Shown one piece after another: positions 9,188-18,394 of a stretch of 25,516 nt of DNA; position 1 is the first letter of the stretch; each line of letters opens with the position of its first letter. The translations under genes were made by a program, and so were the position numbers. Source of the DNA: Thermoproteota archaeon (lineage in GTDB: Archaea; Thermoproteota; EX4484-205; JAAOZP01); assembly GCA_049700215.1 (NCBI GenBank), contig JBNAVT010000019.1:16586-42101 (forward strand), given 5' to 3'. Under the pieces are notes generated by a model that saw only the letters and a list, made by a program, of their open reading frames with translations, did no database searches and had not been told where the DNA came from.

Positions 9188-9917
9188 CTAAATATGTTGC
9201 AGGTGTGAATGTGTCTTTAAGCGAAGTTTTGGGTGGACGGGAGCTATTGATCTTTTATTGGCGTTACTGCAGGGTTTACTTCGCCTATAGAAGAAGAATA
9301 GGATTCTGGAGTTTCCTTGGAGCGAGGTGCACCGCTGGCAGTTCGGCCACGCTTTGAACGAGCTAAATTGGATGATCAAGCATACTGGGTACAGGTATTA
9401 CAAGCCACGAAGGAAAATCAAGGTAAGCAAGGTTATTGTTAATGAAAGATAAGGCTGTTATAGGCTCAGCTTTGAACACTTCAGTAATCATAACGTTATG
9501 ACTACTGTCCTCCTCATTTACTTTATATTTTTTAGGGGTATGTTTAAAGGTTAAAATAGCTCTCTCTTTTTAGCGTAGAAATTGCAGGTGAAATTAAGCC
9601 ATAAACCGTAGGCTCTTCAAATTATTCTTTAAGCACTTTTCCGCCTATCTCACGCGCATGATTTCTTCTCATAACTCAGTACTCGACAAGCATTCCTCCA
9701 GAGGTTAGAAATGTGCGAACTTATTTTATCTTGTCTGCAATGAGCGAAACTGAAATTTCAGAGGTTTAGTGAAGTAACTTTGCATCCTTCGAGCAAACTG
9801 ATAACAAGATTGCCTAGAGCTTACAGCTTAGTTTTTTCTCCTTACTGGTACCCAGAACCTTTTTTATAAAGCATAGAAAACTGGTCACTCCTTAATTTAG
9901 ATTAAAAACGATAAAAC

Positions 9918-10553
9918 TTAGATTGGAACTTTAAGAAGTATTTTTATCACACTTCTTCTGTCTCTTATCTTACTATCTTGCAAGAGTGTATTTCTCCATT
10001 CTCTATTCATCCAAAAGTTATTCAAACATTCAATGAAGTATTCAGCATTTCTCACAATGTTTTGCCAAGGGCTAAAGCTTCGTAAAATCAACTTCTCTTC
10101 CTTTTCAAGTTTTGCAGCTAGGTATACTACCGGTAGCTTAAAACCTTTGAGTAGTTCATCCATGGTGTTCGTAAAGTTTAGTATGATATCCTCTCTTACT
10201 TCAGGAGCAAATACATGCCAGAGAGATAGTCCGTCAAATCCAAAAACAGAGAAAGCCATTACTTGTTGAAGGCCTGCATAGAAGTTTTTTCTTTTGATAT
10301 CATTCGGTGTAAAATACTCTATCTCTAAACACCCAATTAATGCTTTGTCATTTAGTTGTATAGGGTCTTCAAAAATAAGTATCAGATCGACTTCTGTGCG
10401 TGGTGGCGTTGCACCTTTCCACCATTCTATCCAGATCGCGCGCGCTAGGTTACGATGCCTGTAAACTTTTTTCAGCCAAGTGAACTTACCCTCATTTAGC
10501 ATGCTTTTAAGCGTTTCATATAACTTTTCGACAAAAATTCTTTCTGACATCAT
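9918..10553 (-). CDS. Hypothetical protein, possibly PD-(D/E)xK nuclease fold
   Basis: 211-aa ORF starting 3 nt after the DUF499 stop. P..EVDL...LEIEYF...FYAGLQQ resembles a restriction-endonuclease-like motif. Confidence 0.6.
   Translation of the reverse strand: MMSERIFVEKLYETLKSMLNEGKFTWLKKVYRHRNLARAIWIEWWKGATPPRTEVDLILIFEDPIQLNDKALIGCLEIEYFTPNDIKRKNFYAGLQQVMAFSVFGFDGLSLWHVFAPEVREDIILNFTNTMDELLKGFKLPVVYLAAKLEKEEKLILRSFSPWQNIVRNAEYFIECLNNFWMNREWRNTLLQDSKIRDRRSVIKILLKVPI
10437..10447. repeat. (GC)n tract CGCGCGCGCTA, in frame (NLARAIW)
   Basis: GC run inside an otherwise AT-rich ORF. Confidence 0.85.
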
Positions 10554-11110
10554 TTATTATTCAACTTTTTCCTCTTCAACTTTTGCTCCTATCTGGTTCA
10601 GGGTCTCCTTTACCTTTAAATCAATTGTATCCTTACTAATACCTTTCTCAGAGATGGCATCGATTTTTATTTCAAGAGATATTTCTGCACCTTCTCTGCT
10701 AAGTGGTGCAAGAACCCCACGGACCATGTCTGAAAGTTTATCCCATGGAACTTTAACTCTGAGTGTAATTTTTCGTATGAAGCCTTTTGGAACACTTACT
10801 GGAGAAGTGTGAGCCATAGGAGGCGGAGTTACAGATATCTCGGTTGGTGGAACTTTTTCTTTCTCCTTTTGCGCAATTTCCTTCCTCAGTACAAAAACAT
10901 CCTCTGTTAACTCTGGTAATGGGATAGTTTCTTGGTAGTAAACTTTTTCGTTCATTGAAATACCAAAAACACCATCTTCTACTCCTTTAATAAGGGCGTC
11001 TTTTAGTACGTTTTCTCCCTCAAGCATTGGTAGTTCTGGAAACTTTAAGAAAGCCTCCCAAATCTCAACCACGTTTTTGCGCTCATCATCTTTGGAAAAT
11101 GTTTTTTCTA

Positions 11111-11124
11111 TAGCGCGCGCGCTA
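11111..11124. repeat. Perfect palindrome TAGCGCGCGCGCTA
   Basis: In-frame junction between DUF499 remnants (NGFSARAIEK). Confidence 0.9.
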
Positions 11125-11380
11125 AACCCGTTGTATTCATTAGGGTCGCATATTAAAAACATTAGAGTATTCTTATAAGTCCTGTAGCCAGTTGAGTAGT
11201 TTGTCAGAATATCTTCTATGAATGCTTTTGTTTCAGGTTTATGAGCCATGAACTCAAAGGATAAGATAGCTAGCTTCAGCTTTTTATTATCAGGAATGTC
11301 GCTATTGGACTTAGGCCATATGAAAACATCAAAATCTTTACCTGCAATTTTCTCTACCCTCCTCTTCATCTCTTCCTCGA

Positions 11381-11393
11381 TAGCGCGCGCGCT
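11381..11393. repeat. (GC)n junction tract TAGCGCGCGCGCT
   Basis: Out-of-frame junction between DUF499 remnants. Confidence 0.9.
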
Positions 11394-11541
11394 TAACAAT
11401 GTATTCGGTTAGCTCGTCGATCAAGAGTAACACAGGCTTATTTTCACCCAGCATTTTTTCAATAATTTCTCTTCCGGGAGCGATTCTTTTTTCATCATGC
11501 TCTTTTACCAGCTCGTATGAGCCTAACTGCTCAGCTATTTC

Positions 11542-11558
11542 TAGCGAGCGCGCGCGTA
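11542..11558. repeat. (GC)n junction tract TAGCGAGCGCGCGCGTA
   Basis: Joins the DUF1156 remnant to the middle of DUF499. Confidence 0.9.
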
Positions 11559-12013
11559 TTTCTCCGCTTCTTTAAAAATCTCTATGTCCTTTTCCGTTGC
11601 AATTCTATACATCTTTCCTGTTTTAGAATTATGCAGAACCACAGCAACCAATCTTTGCCCAGCTTTTCCTTGTTGGAATTGTCTTCTTATTTCTTTATCG
11701 GATAAGCCAGCTCCACAAACTGGACACAGAACTTTTGCTTTCCTTACTGTTCCTTTCGAAGGATCAAAATTTATTTCTTTATCTTTCACAACTTCAAAAC
11801 CAATTTTCTTCTTTTCTTTGTCTATAATCATTTTTAATGCTATTTTTCTATTTTCTTTTTTTGCAAGCCAGAACTGCCTCATCAATGGTATTTCTGCTTG
11901 ACAAGATGGGTTTTGACATCTCATCGTTCTAGCCCAAATATAGCCTACTGGAATATTTTTTCTCCTCCACCTTCAGATAATGCTTTCTGGGTTGGTATTG
12001 TTTCTTCTGGATA
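11557..12013 (-). pseudogene. DUF1156 adenine-specific DNA methylase (Zn-ribbon) internal remnant
   Basis: YPEE.../[33 protein letters not shown]...FDPSKGTV...CPVCG...QRLVAVVL...K.YR.ATEKD. Frameshift near 11958. Both ends stop at GC tracts. Confidence 0.85.
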
Positions 12014-12024
12014 GCGCGCGCTAT
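12011..12024. repeat. Perfect palindrome ATAGCGCGCGCTAT
   Basis: 5' boundary of the DUF1156 remnant. Confidence 0.9.
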
Positions 12025-12310
12025 GTTCTTTATGCACTTAAATTCTCCTATCTCTATCCTAATCAAAAAGCCAAAAAATAGGCTATAAATCTTACTTTTG
12101 TAAAGTTAGCTCAATAGTAGTTCATTTTACTTACAACCTAGTCTATAGCTATAGCCATAGCCTTTGAGGAAATGCCTTACCCTTATCCTCTTATCCTTAT
12201 CCTTGTCCCTACTTTATAGAATAAAAAATAAAATTGTAAAAGCGAAGGCTCGTTCTAAACCCTTTTAGGTGTTAGTCCCTCCCGTCCTGACAACCAACTC
12301 GGGATCTTTG

Positions 12311-12320
12311 GCGCGCGCTA
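12311..12320. repeat. (GC)n junction tract GCGCGCGCTA (right island edge)
   Basis: ttgGCGCGCGCTAttc. Confidence 0.85.
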
Positions 12321-12394
12321 TTCTTCTTCATTTTGCATATAAAAATCCAAGTCCTAAATGTTTAAATTTCTCCCCACTGTTTTAAACAAACGGG

Positions 12395-12748
12395 TTGGGT
12401 CATTCCTGGGTGGAGGTCGAGCTGCTTAATCTAGAGAGAACCAGGTCAAAGAAGGTTAAGGCTCTAGTGGATACTGGCGCAAGCCTGTCTGTCCTGCCCA
12501 AGGGTTTGGCTGACGAACTTGGGATAGAGGCGGTGAGTGAAGACAGGGTGATGACGGGAGCTGGCCAAATAAGGATAAGCAGGGGTAGGGCCTGGATAAG
12601 GCTGGAGGGTAAAGAAAGTCCTTTCGACGTATGGCTCTCCGATATCATAGACAAGGTTCTCATAGGCGTTGTGGTCTTGGAAACCTTCGGGTTTGAAGTG
12701 GATCCCACAACCGGGACAATAAGGGAAAAACCACTGCTCCTCTACTAG
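12395..12748 (+). CDS. Single-domain clan AA aspartyl protease (AF_0612-like)
   Basis: MGH..VEV...ALVDTGAS...LIG..LE..G.EVDP. TTG start with TTTAAA about 30 nt upstream. Confidence 0.88.
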   Translation: MGHSWVEVELLNLERTRSKKVKALVDTGASLSVLPKGLADELGIEAVSEDRVMTGAGQIRISRGRAWIRLEGKESPFDVWLSDIIDKVLIGVVVLETFGFEVDPTTGTIREKPLLLY

Positions 12749-13040
12749 TTAGTCAGAGAGTGTTCACAAGTCAGTATTCCACGCTCGGTACACACTCGCA
12801 AGGTATTAGGAAGAGAAGCATGTAAAGACGAGAAACCTAACAGAGTTATTGTGGATTTACTAGATGTTCAGAACTCCTAAGACCTTTACAGATTTCCTAG
12901 CGGCTAAAGTTGACGTTGATAAGAAATGGGAAAACTTAGTGTCAAGGTTTAACCAGGAGGAGAATAGGGTCATAAAAGAGTTTATCGGTTTACTCAAAGC
13001 TGGAAGGGTTGGGAAGCGCGTGAAAGACCTGCTTCTCTAT

Positions 13041-13721
13041 TCACAAATTTGCAAACATGATCGTAAAGATTACAACCAGTTCTTTCCCACTTATACTTGC
13101 TGTTGTCCCGTCATCAAACGCTATTCTAACTCTTACCTTTCCAGTTTCCATTTCCTTTTGAACCTCATTGAAGGCGTCGTATCCGAATATTTTCCTAACC
13201 TCGCTGAGAAGGCTCGTTGTTCTATCGTCCTTAACAGAGAAGTCCATTGGATACTTTTTCCCGATTTCTAGTTTCAGTGTCTTTATCGGGTAGATGGATT
13301 TCGTGTCCTCCCCCACGCTTTCCCGAGTGATCGTCAGGGAGGCTATCTCCTCACCCTCGATCCGCCTAGTTTCGAGCGATATCTCTTTTATCGAGAGGGC
13401 GTTTCCTCCTGAAACGATCCTAACCTCACCATTATCGTAGAACCTCAGCACTAACTCGCTGCCCCTCTCCACGCTCTTAACGCTCGTTTTAACGGTTAGA
13501 CCAGGCCCGTAGCTCGGGTCTCTGAGCATCCCTTCGAGCTCAAACCCTTCCACCTTGAAGCCGCCTATTTTCAGACCGTCTTCCACGAAATCCAGGAAAA
13601 CATCACCCTCTAAGGATTTTAGCGTGAAGTGCTTAGGGAAGTGGAGCTCAGACACGTACCCGCAGAACTCGAGCTTTTTTATCGTTTTCCCAGCCAGCTC
13701 TCCCCTTAGCCCGGTGGGCAC
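13041..13721 (-). CDS. Hypothetical protein, probably the frameshifted C-terminus of the upstream large protein
   Basis: Coding-like composition. Frame is open upstream of GTG 13721 (GEEGGGNQQITVPTG) and overlaps the end of the previous ORF. Confidence 0.6.
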   Translation of the reverse strand: MPTGLRGELAGKTIKKLEFCGYVSELHFPKHFTLKSLEGDVFLDFVEDGLKIGGFKVEGFELEGMLRDPSYGPGLTVKTSVKSVERGSELVLRFYDNGEVRIVSGGNALSIKEISLETRRIEGEEIASLTITRESVGEDTKSIYPIKTLKLEIGKKYPMDFSVKDDRTTSLLSEVRKIFGYDAFNEVQKEMETGKVRVRIAFDDGTTASISGKELVVIFTIMFANL

Positions 13722-13723
13722 GG

Positions 13724-16700
13724 TTATCTGTTGGTTCCCTCCTCCTTCCTCACCTCAATAGTCCATATTTTTACACCCGGTTCTCCCTCCACCTCCGCCA
13801 TAACCTTGTAGAACCCCTCGTCAACCGTGCCGGTGAGCCATATGCTTCCACCGCTCGTCATCCTCCTGTCCTCATACTCGTAGTACTTCACCCCGCGTAG
13901 TGTCTCCATAGCCTCGGAGACCAGCTCCGGCTGAATTGCGAGCTCAGCTAGGCGATCAGGCTCTTCAAGCGCTACCTGCAGGCTTTTCAAACCGTTAACC
14001 CCGAGCTCTTTAACCTGGCTAAGCAGGCCGGAGTCCAAAACCTTCTTCAGCCTTCCCTCTTCAAGCATCCTTAGCCATTTTGAAACCGCTTTAGCGGCCT
14101 CCCTCGATTTCAAAGCTATCCCGTTGAGCTCCCCAAAGACTTCCGCCCGCTCAGGGATGTCGAAGCCCGCGCCGTCGAAAGCGTAGTCCGTCTCGATAGC
14201 CTCTTTCTGCCCAATGTCCCTGGCGAACCCGTACAGCTCGTCGTGAAACCCTAGGATGCTCTTCAGCTTCTCAGTAACCCTGTTCGCGAAGCCCTCGATC
14301 TTCTCCACGCCGGCCTCAATCTTTTCAACGAATTCCTTCAGCTCTGTCTCCAGCTTCCCCCATGACTCCAGGGCCTTGCCCTTCAGCGTCGAGAGCCCTC
14401 TGACCAGCAGGAACTTCCCGATGCTCAGCGCCTCCACAGGATGCTTCGCTATGAAGATGATGGTTCTCCTGCCCCTCACAAGGGTTTCGAGAAGGTCGTA
14501 TATCGCCGGCGTGGCCCAAGCCTTAACCGTTTTAACCAGGCTCCAGGGCGTCCTAGTGTTCCCAGCCTTAGCCTCTATGCTCGCTATCTTAGTCGCTATT
14601 ACGAAGGCTACGAAGGAGAGGGCTGAGGCCACTATCCTCCCGGTTGCGCGGCCCCTTTCACACTCACCCGCCTCCGGGTTCATCGCCGTCTCAAAGTCCG
14701 TCACGCCGCACCCAACCACCAAGTCTAGAACAGTGTCCTCAAGGAGCCTAGTGGAAACCCCCTTGAAATACTGTGAATAGCTCCAGTAGAGTTCTGCGAG
14801 AGGACCCTTCGGCTCGTATGGCTTAAACTCGGGCTCCTGCAGCCCAGGCGGTCCTGTGATGTGCTCAGGCGGAGTATAGTTGCTCAGCTCGAAGCTCCAC
14901 TCGCGGAACCTTTCAGCCAAGCCATTGTAGAAGGAGTATGCTGCGAGACACTGCTCTATCTCCCCCCAGTTCAACACTGCCCCGCTGACGAGGTAGAGTA
15001 CGGTGGAAACTATTGAGACGGCTAACCCAGCGTAGGCCGCGGCTGTGCAGTGCCCCGTGAGGAAGCCCACCAGTATTATCACCGTGCTGGTCGCCAGAAT
15101 CCAGGGGATCCTCGCCTTAACCTCGCTCCAGAAACACTCCCAGAATAGTGATTTCTCAGGTTCCAGGCTGAAAACCGTTTGAGCAACCAGATTGGAGCCG
15201 TATAGGAGGCTAACCAGGTAGGTGTATCCCTCTGCAACATTAAGGCCTGCCAGGGTGACGTTGTAGTCCCACCCCTTGACCACGAGGGGGCTGCTGTAAA
15301 CATCCATCGTCGGAGGATGGTTCTGGTAGGCCTGGTGCCTGAACTGCCGGACCTGCATCACGTAGCTAGCGTCGAAGCCCGCGTAGTTCCTAACCTGTAT
15401 CGACTTGAGGGGCCCGCTCCCCCTGACCACCAACGGACGGTAGATCAGGGTTAGGAAGCCCGTCTCGTCAACAGGCTGAGTAAGCCTCGTCGCGTTAGCG
15501 GTCTTCCCCCAGCGTACCCTGAATTCTCCCTGAAGACTGCTCTCCCTAACATACTCGCCTACAGTCTGGTTGTATATCGCGAAGACGGTGGCGTTCATCA
15601 CCATTCTCCCACCTGCCCTCCAAGCCTGGTCCACGAGCCTAACCCTGTATCCCTCGAGGGAGCCGTTTGCCCTGAGCACGCGCGGCTCAACGCTGAGCAG
15701 CCCCGCTGCCACATCCTCCTCGTAAACCCCCACGTGCTCCCAGTAGGGCTCTATGCTGAGCAGCACGAAGTCAGTTTTCGCAACGGTTTCAACGCTTGAA
15801 GCGTTAACTTCCTGCTCCCCAATTGGCGTGAGGCGGGAGACAAGCTCGAAGCCCCCGTAGTGCCCCCGGAAACTAGGCATTGGCGCAGCCATCCCTGAGC
15901 CAGGGTGGCTGAAGGTCAGAGTGTAAAACCTGACGTGAGTAGAATGGTTGCAGTCCGGGACGAAAATCCTTCTTGTTTCCTCATGCTCAGGCACGACAAC
16001 TCTGATCTCCTCGAAACGCTCGGGAACCCAGATGCTCTGGGTCCAGACCCATGTCTTGGTCTCGCTGAAAAAGCAGTTGCCCTCGTCATCCCTGTAGAGT
16101 GCTCTAACCGTAACCTCCGTGGAGGACCTTGTAAGCCGAACGTTGAGCTCAGCCCTCCTCAACCCGCCCGCTTCAATGTCTCCAACACTCATGCTAGTAG
16201 GCTCCGCGTGCACGCCGGTAACCTGAACATTCACGCTCCTCGCAGTGCTCCCACCGTTATTGCTGAGCTCTAGCGTCAACCCGGCGTGCTTCATGATGGA
16301 TGGGTCAACGTTGAGGACCCGAATGCTGACGGATGGTGAGGCTGGGCCAGCGACCAGGATGCTGTACGAAACATTGTTGCCAGGCGGCCAGGTGCCGAAG
16401 CAAGCGTTCCCAGCTAGGGTGAGCGTAACGTTGTGGAGTCCCTGCTTAACAGCCCTGAGCCTGAAAACCCCGGAAGTATGGGTATCGTTAAGAATCCTCT
16501 CAACACCATCCAGGGGCTCGAAGCCATCCGTTGGGGTGAGGCTCAGCGTCGCGTTAAGCGGCTCAGGCTCCCCGGGGGAACTGTATCCAGCCCAGTATGA
16601 AACCTCCAGGATCCCTCCGAGGACTAGGCTCGTCGCGGAGACGCTTGTCGCAACCACCCAGCCCTCCACGATAACCGGATCATACCCTGGGAACAATACT

Positions 16701-17266
16701 GTAAGGCTCTCCTCATGCTCTGGAACAACCACCCTAACATCCTCGTAGTGGCCCGGCGCAGCGATAACCGGGTTCCCCAGGAACCAGGGCCAGTTCTCCT
16801 CAGGGTACGCGAGCACAATCCTTCCAACGCCCATCTCCTCCGGGAAAAACCCGATGGTGAGCCTTGAGACAATGTCGAAGACAACCCCTTTCTCAACATC
16901 CTTGATGACATACCTGTAGAGCCCAGTATACTTCTCGACCTCGTAAAGCCTGACGAGTGTCTCGTTCCACGTCCCATACATCACCGTGACGCCTGTTGAA
17001 TTATAGTAGGTGTAGTTCAGCGGGCTGCTCGACTCTACGGGGATCCTTACTCTAACGCTCCCGTCGTCAGGCTTCTCAACCCTCAGGCCAGTCAGGTTCA
17101 GGAGGCAAGCACTCCCGTTAATCTCTAGGTTGAGTGTGCCATTCGGATAAGCGTTTTCAAGCGTCCTCCTAAGGTCCTGCTCCGAGCAGCCTGTGCTCAC
17201 GCTCGGGGCGAAAACCCTCCAAAGCCTCTCGGCAAGGGAAGTGTTGAAACCCTCTGGAACAATGTA
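13724..17266 (-). CDS. Large membrane-anchored surface protein (CARDB/Ig-like domains, TM helices), 5'-truncated
   Basis: 1158-aa ORF whose frame extends 22 more codons (YIVPEGFNTSLAERLWRVFAPS) up to the GC tract. Many NxS/T sequons, CARDB-like LTLELSNNGG...VGDIEAG, hydrophobic IPWILATS...GAVL and IVASALSFVAFVIA. Confidence 0.75.
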   Translation of the reverse strand, partial: YIVPEGFNTSLAERLWRVFAPSVSTGCSEQDLRRTLENAYPNGTLNLEINGSACLLNLTGLRVEKPDDGSVRVRIPVESSSPLNYTYYNSTGVTVMYGTWNETLVRLYEVEKYTGLYRYVIKDVEKGVVFDIVSRLTIGFFPEEMGVGRIVLAYPEENWPWFLGNPVIAAPGHYEDVRVVVPEHEESLTVLFPGYDPVIVEGWVVATSVSATSLVLGGILEVSYWAGYSSPGEPEPLNATLSLTPTDGFEPLDGVERILNDTHTSGVFRLRAVKQGLHNVTLTLAGNACFGTWPPGNNVSYSILVAGPASPSVSIRVLNVDPSIMKHAGLTLELSNNGGSTARSVNVQVTGVHAEPTSMSVGDIEAGGLRRAELNVRLTRSSTEVTVRALYRDDEGNCFFSETKTWVWTQSIWVPERFEEIRVVVPEHEETRRIFVPDCNHSTHVRFYTLTFSHPGSGMAAPMPSFRGHYGGFELVSRLTPIGEQEVNASSVETVAKTDFVLLSIEPYWEHVGVYEEDVAAGLLSVEPRVLRANGSLEGYRVRLVDQAWRAGGRMVMNATVFAIYNQTVGEYVRESSLQGEFRVRWGKTANATRLTQPVDETGFLTLIYRPLVVRGSGPLKSIQVRNYAGFDASYVMQVRQFRHQAYQNHPPTMDVYSSPLVVKGWDYNVTLAGLNVAEGYTYLVSLLYGSNLVAQTVFSLEPEKSLFWECFWSEVKARIPWILATSTVIILVGFLTGHCTAAAYAGLAVSIVSTVLYLVSGAVLNWGEIEQCLAAYSFYNGLAERFREWSFELSNYTPPEHITGPPGLQEPEFKPYEPKGPLAELYWSYSQYFKGVSTRLLEDTVLDLVVGCGVTDFETAMNPEAGECERGRATGRIVASALSFVAFVIATKIASIEAKAGNTRTPWSLVKTVKAWATPAIYDLLETLVRGRRTIIFIAKHPVEALSIGKFLLVRGLSTLKGKALESWGKLETELKEFVEKIEAGVEKIEGFANRVTEKLKSILGFHDELYGFARDIGQKEAIETDYAFDGAGFDIPERAEVFGELNGIALKSREAAKAVSKWLRMLEEGRLKKVLDSGLLSQVKELGVNGLKSLQVALEEPDRLAELAIQPELVSEAMETLRGVKYYEYEDRRMTSGGSIWLTGTVDEGFYKVMAEVEGEPGVKIWTIEVRKEEGTNR

Positions 17267-17276
17267 GCGCGCGCTA
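17265..17276. repeat. Perfect palindrome TAGCGCGCGCTA
   Basis: Out-of-frame junction between two surface-protein coding segments. Confidence 0.9.
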
Positions 17277-18236
17277 GAACACTGTTAGCGTGGCCCGAGT
17301 CCCTGAGCCTGGCCTTAAGATCCTCGTTCTCCCTTGTCAGGGTTTCCACCTGCCTGCCCAGCCATTCTGAAGAATCCTTGAGGACAGTGTAGTTCACGGC
17401 GAGCGTTTTATACAGTGTTCTTAGACTATTGTCAATCCTTACGCCCGCTCCCACAACCTCGCCACCAAGCGTCTCCACATAAACGTTGAGAAGCCCCGTC
17501 TCGTTAACCCTCACCATGATTCCGCCCGCAACCTTGGTCGCGTTGCACTCAACCTGGTCGCCATTCGCCCTGACGAGCCTAGCGCCAAACCCGTTAACCT
17601 CCCTGGGGTAGCTGAAGACCACTAGCGTCTCCTTCTCGTTAACCTCCACCGAGGCTGGTTTAAGCTCTGGAGGAGGCTCCGTCGCCTCCCCGACAACCCT
17701 TATCATGAAGTCGCCTGGCCTCCCAGTGGTGTTGAGGGAAACAAGGAGGCGTGCCTGCCCGCATCCATGATGAAGCTAGCGTTAGCAATAGGAGGATCAT
17801 CGTCGACGCTCAGCCACAGCTGAGGACCATCAAGGGTGAACATTGGCACGATAACCACGTAGAAAACGCCTTTAACAACCACTTTCGGAACCTCGAGGGT
17901 GTACCAGTCTAGCGTGGCGTTTCTGAAAACCCTGTTGAAGAGGAAAGGCTGAGAGTAGACAGTGTTCAAGCCAGCGTCCCATATTTGAACGTAGAACAGT
18001 GAGGCCGGGCCCCTGAGGATGCATGCCGCGTGAATCTTTACGGCCGTTATCCTCCATGCTGTTGAAGGCGGGGAGAACCCTACTGCGGCGCAGCTAGGGT
18101 AGAAGTCGCTCCAGCCATAGTTGTGGCCAGCATCGTCATAGCTGAGTTCGAAAGGCGTTGCGGAAGCATTCAGCAACCCGGTGAGAAGAAACAGTAGCAG
18201 GGCTAGGGCTAGAATAAGCCTGACACGCCTACCCAT
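17277..18236 (-). pseudogene. Secreted protein, frameshifted and 3'-truncated
   Basis: ATG 18236 MGRRVRLILALALLLFLLTGLLNASA is a signal peptide; ELSYDD motif. A frameshift near 17750 joins DAGRHA to LLVSLNTTGRPGDFMIRVVGE (track ORF 17197-17706). The coiled coil stops at the GC tract. Confidence 0.7.
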
Positions 18237-18296
18237 GGCTGAGAAGTATATGGGTAAAGGTTTTAAATAAGTTTTCCGCGGAATGACTGCATACTG

Positions 18297-18359
18297 GAAT
18301 CCACTAGCCGGTGGACATAGAATAGTGTAGCTTAAACAAGTTTCCCACAGCAATATATG
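18297..18359 (+). repeat. 63-bp direct repeat, copy 1
   Basis: GAATCCACTAGCCGGTGGACATAGAATAGTGTAGCTTAAACAAGTTTCCCACAGCAATATATG; 58/63 identical to copy 2 by manual alignment. Confidence 0.92.
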
Positions 18360-18394
18360 GCGAGCGAATCATATTGACGGCTGAGCCGGGTGTA

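Larger units (their letters stand above)
10557..11541 (-). pseudogene. DUF499 AAA+ ATPase, three spliced remnants
   Basis: 11541-11392 reads EIAEQLGSYELVKEHDEKRIAPGREIIEKMLGENKPVLLLIDELTEYIVK (Walker B region; not in the ORF track). Then WP..SDIPD..LKLAIL...YRTYKNTLMFL, and the C-terminal P.LPML...VPWDKLSD..RGVL.PL...KVKETL.QIGA. No Walker A or start codon. Confidence 0.85.
9178..12320. mobile_element. Degraded AT-rich horizontally acquired defence island
   Basis: Visibly more AT-rich than the flanks, holds restriction-like gene fragments, and is bounded by GCGCGCGCTA at 9178-9187 and 12311-12320. No integrase or transposase seen. Confidence 0.65.

Noticed and set aside
12241-12310. Possible tRNA/att remnant at the island edge
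   Set aside because: No cloverleaf or T-loop consensus found on either strand.
12864-13271. 135-aa plus-strand ORF
   Set aside because: More than half overlaps the 13041-13721 gene antisense. The first ~60 codons may be a remnant, but no family is recognisable.
18237-18353. ORF-track N-terminal extension of the secreted protein
   Set aside because: Runs through the TATA box and the direct repeat; ATG 18236 gives a clean signal peptide.
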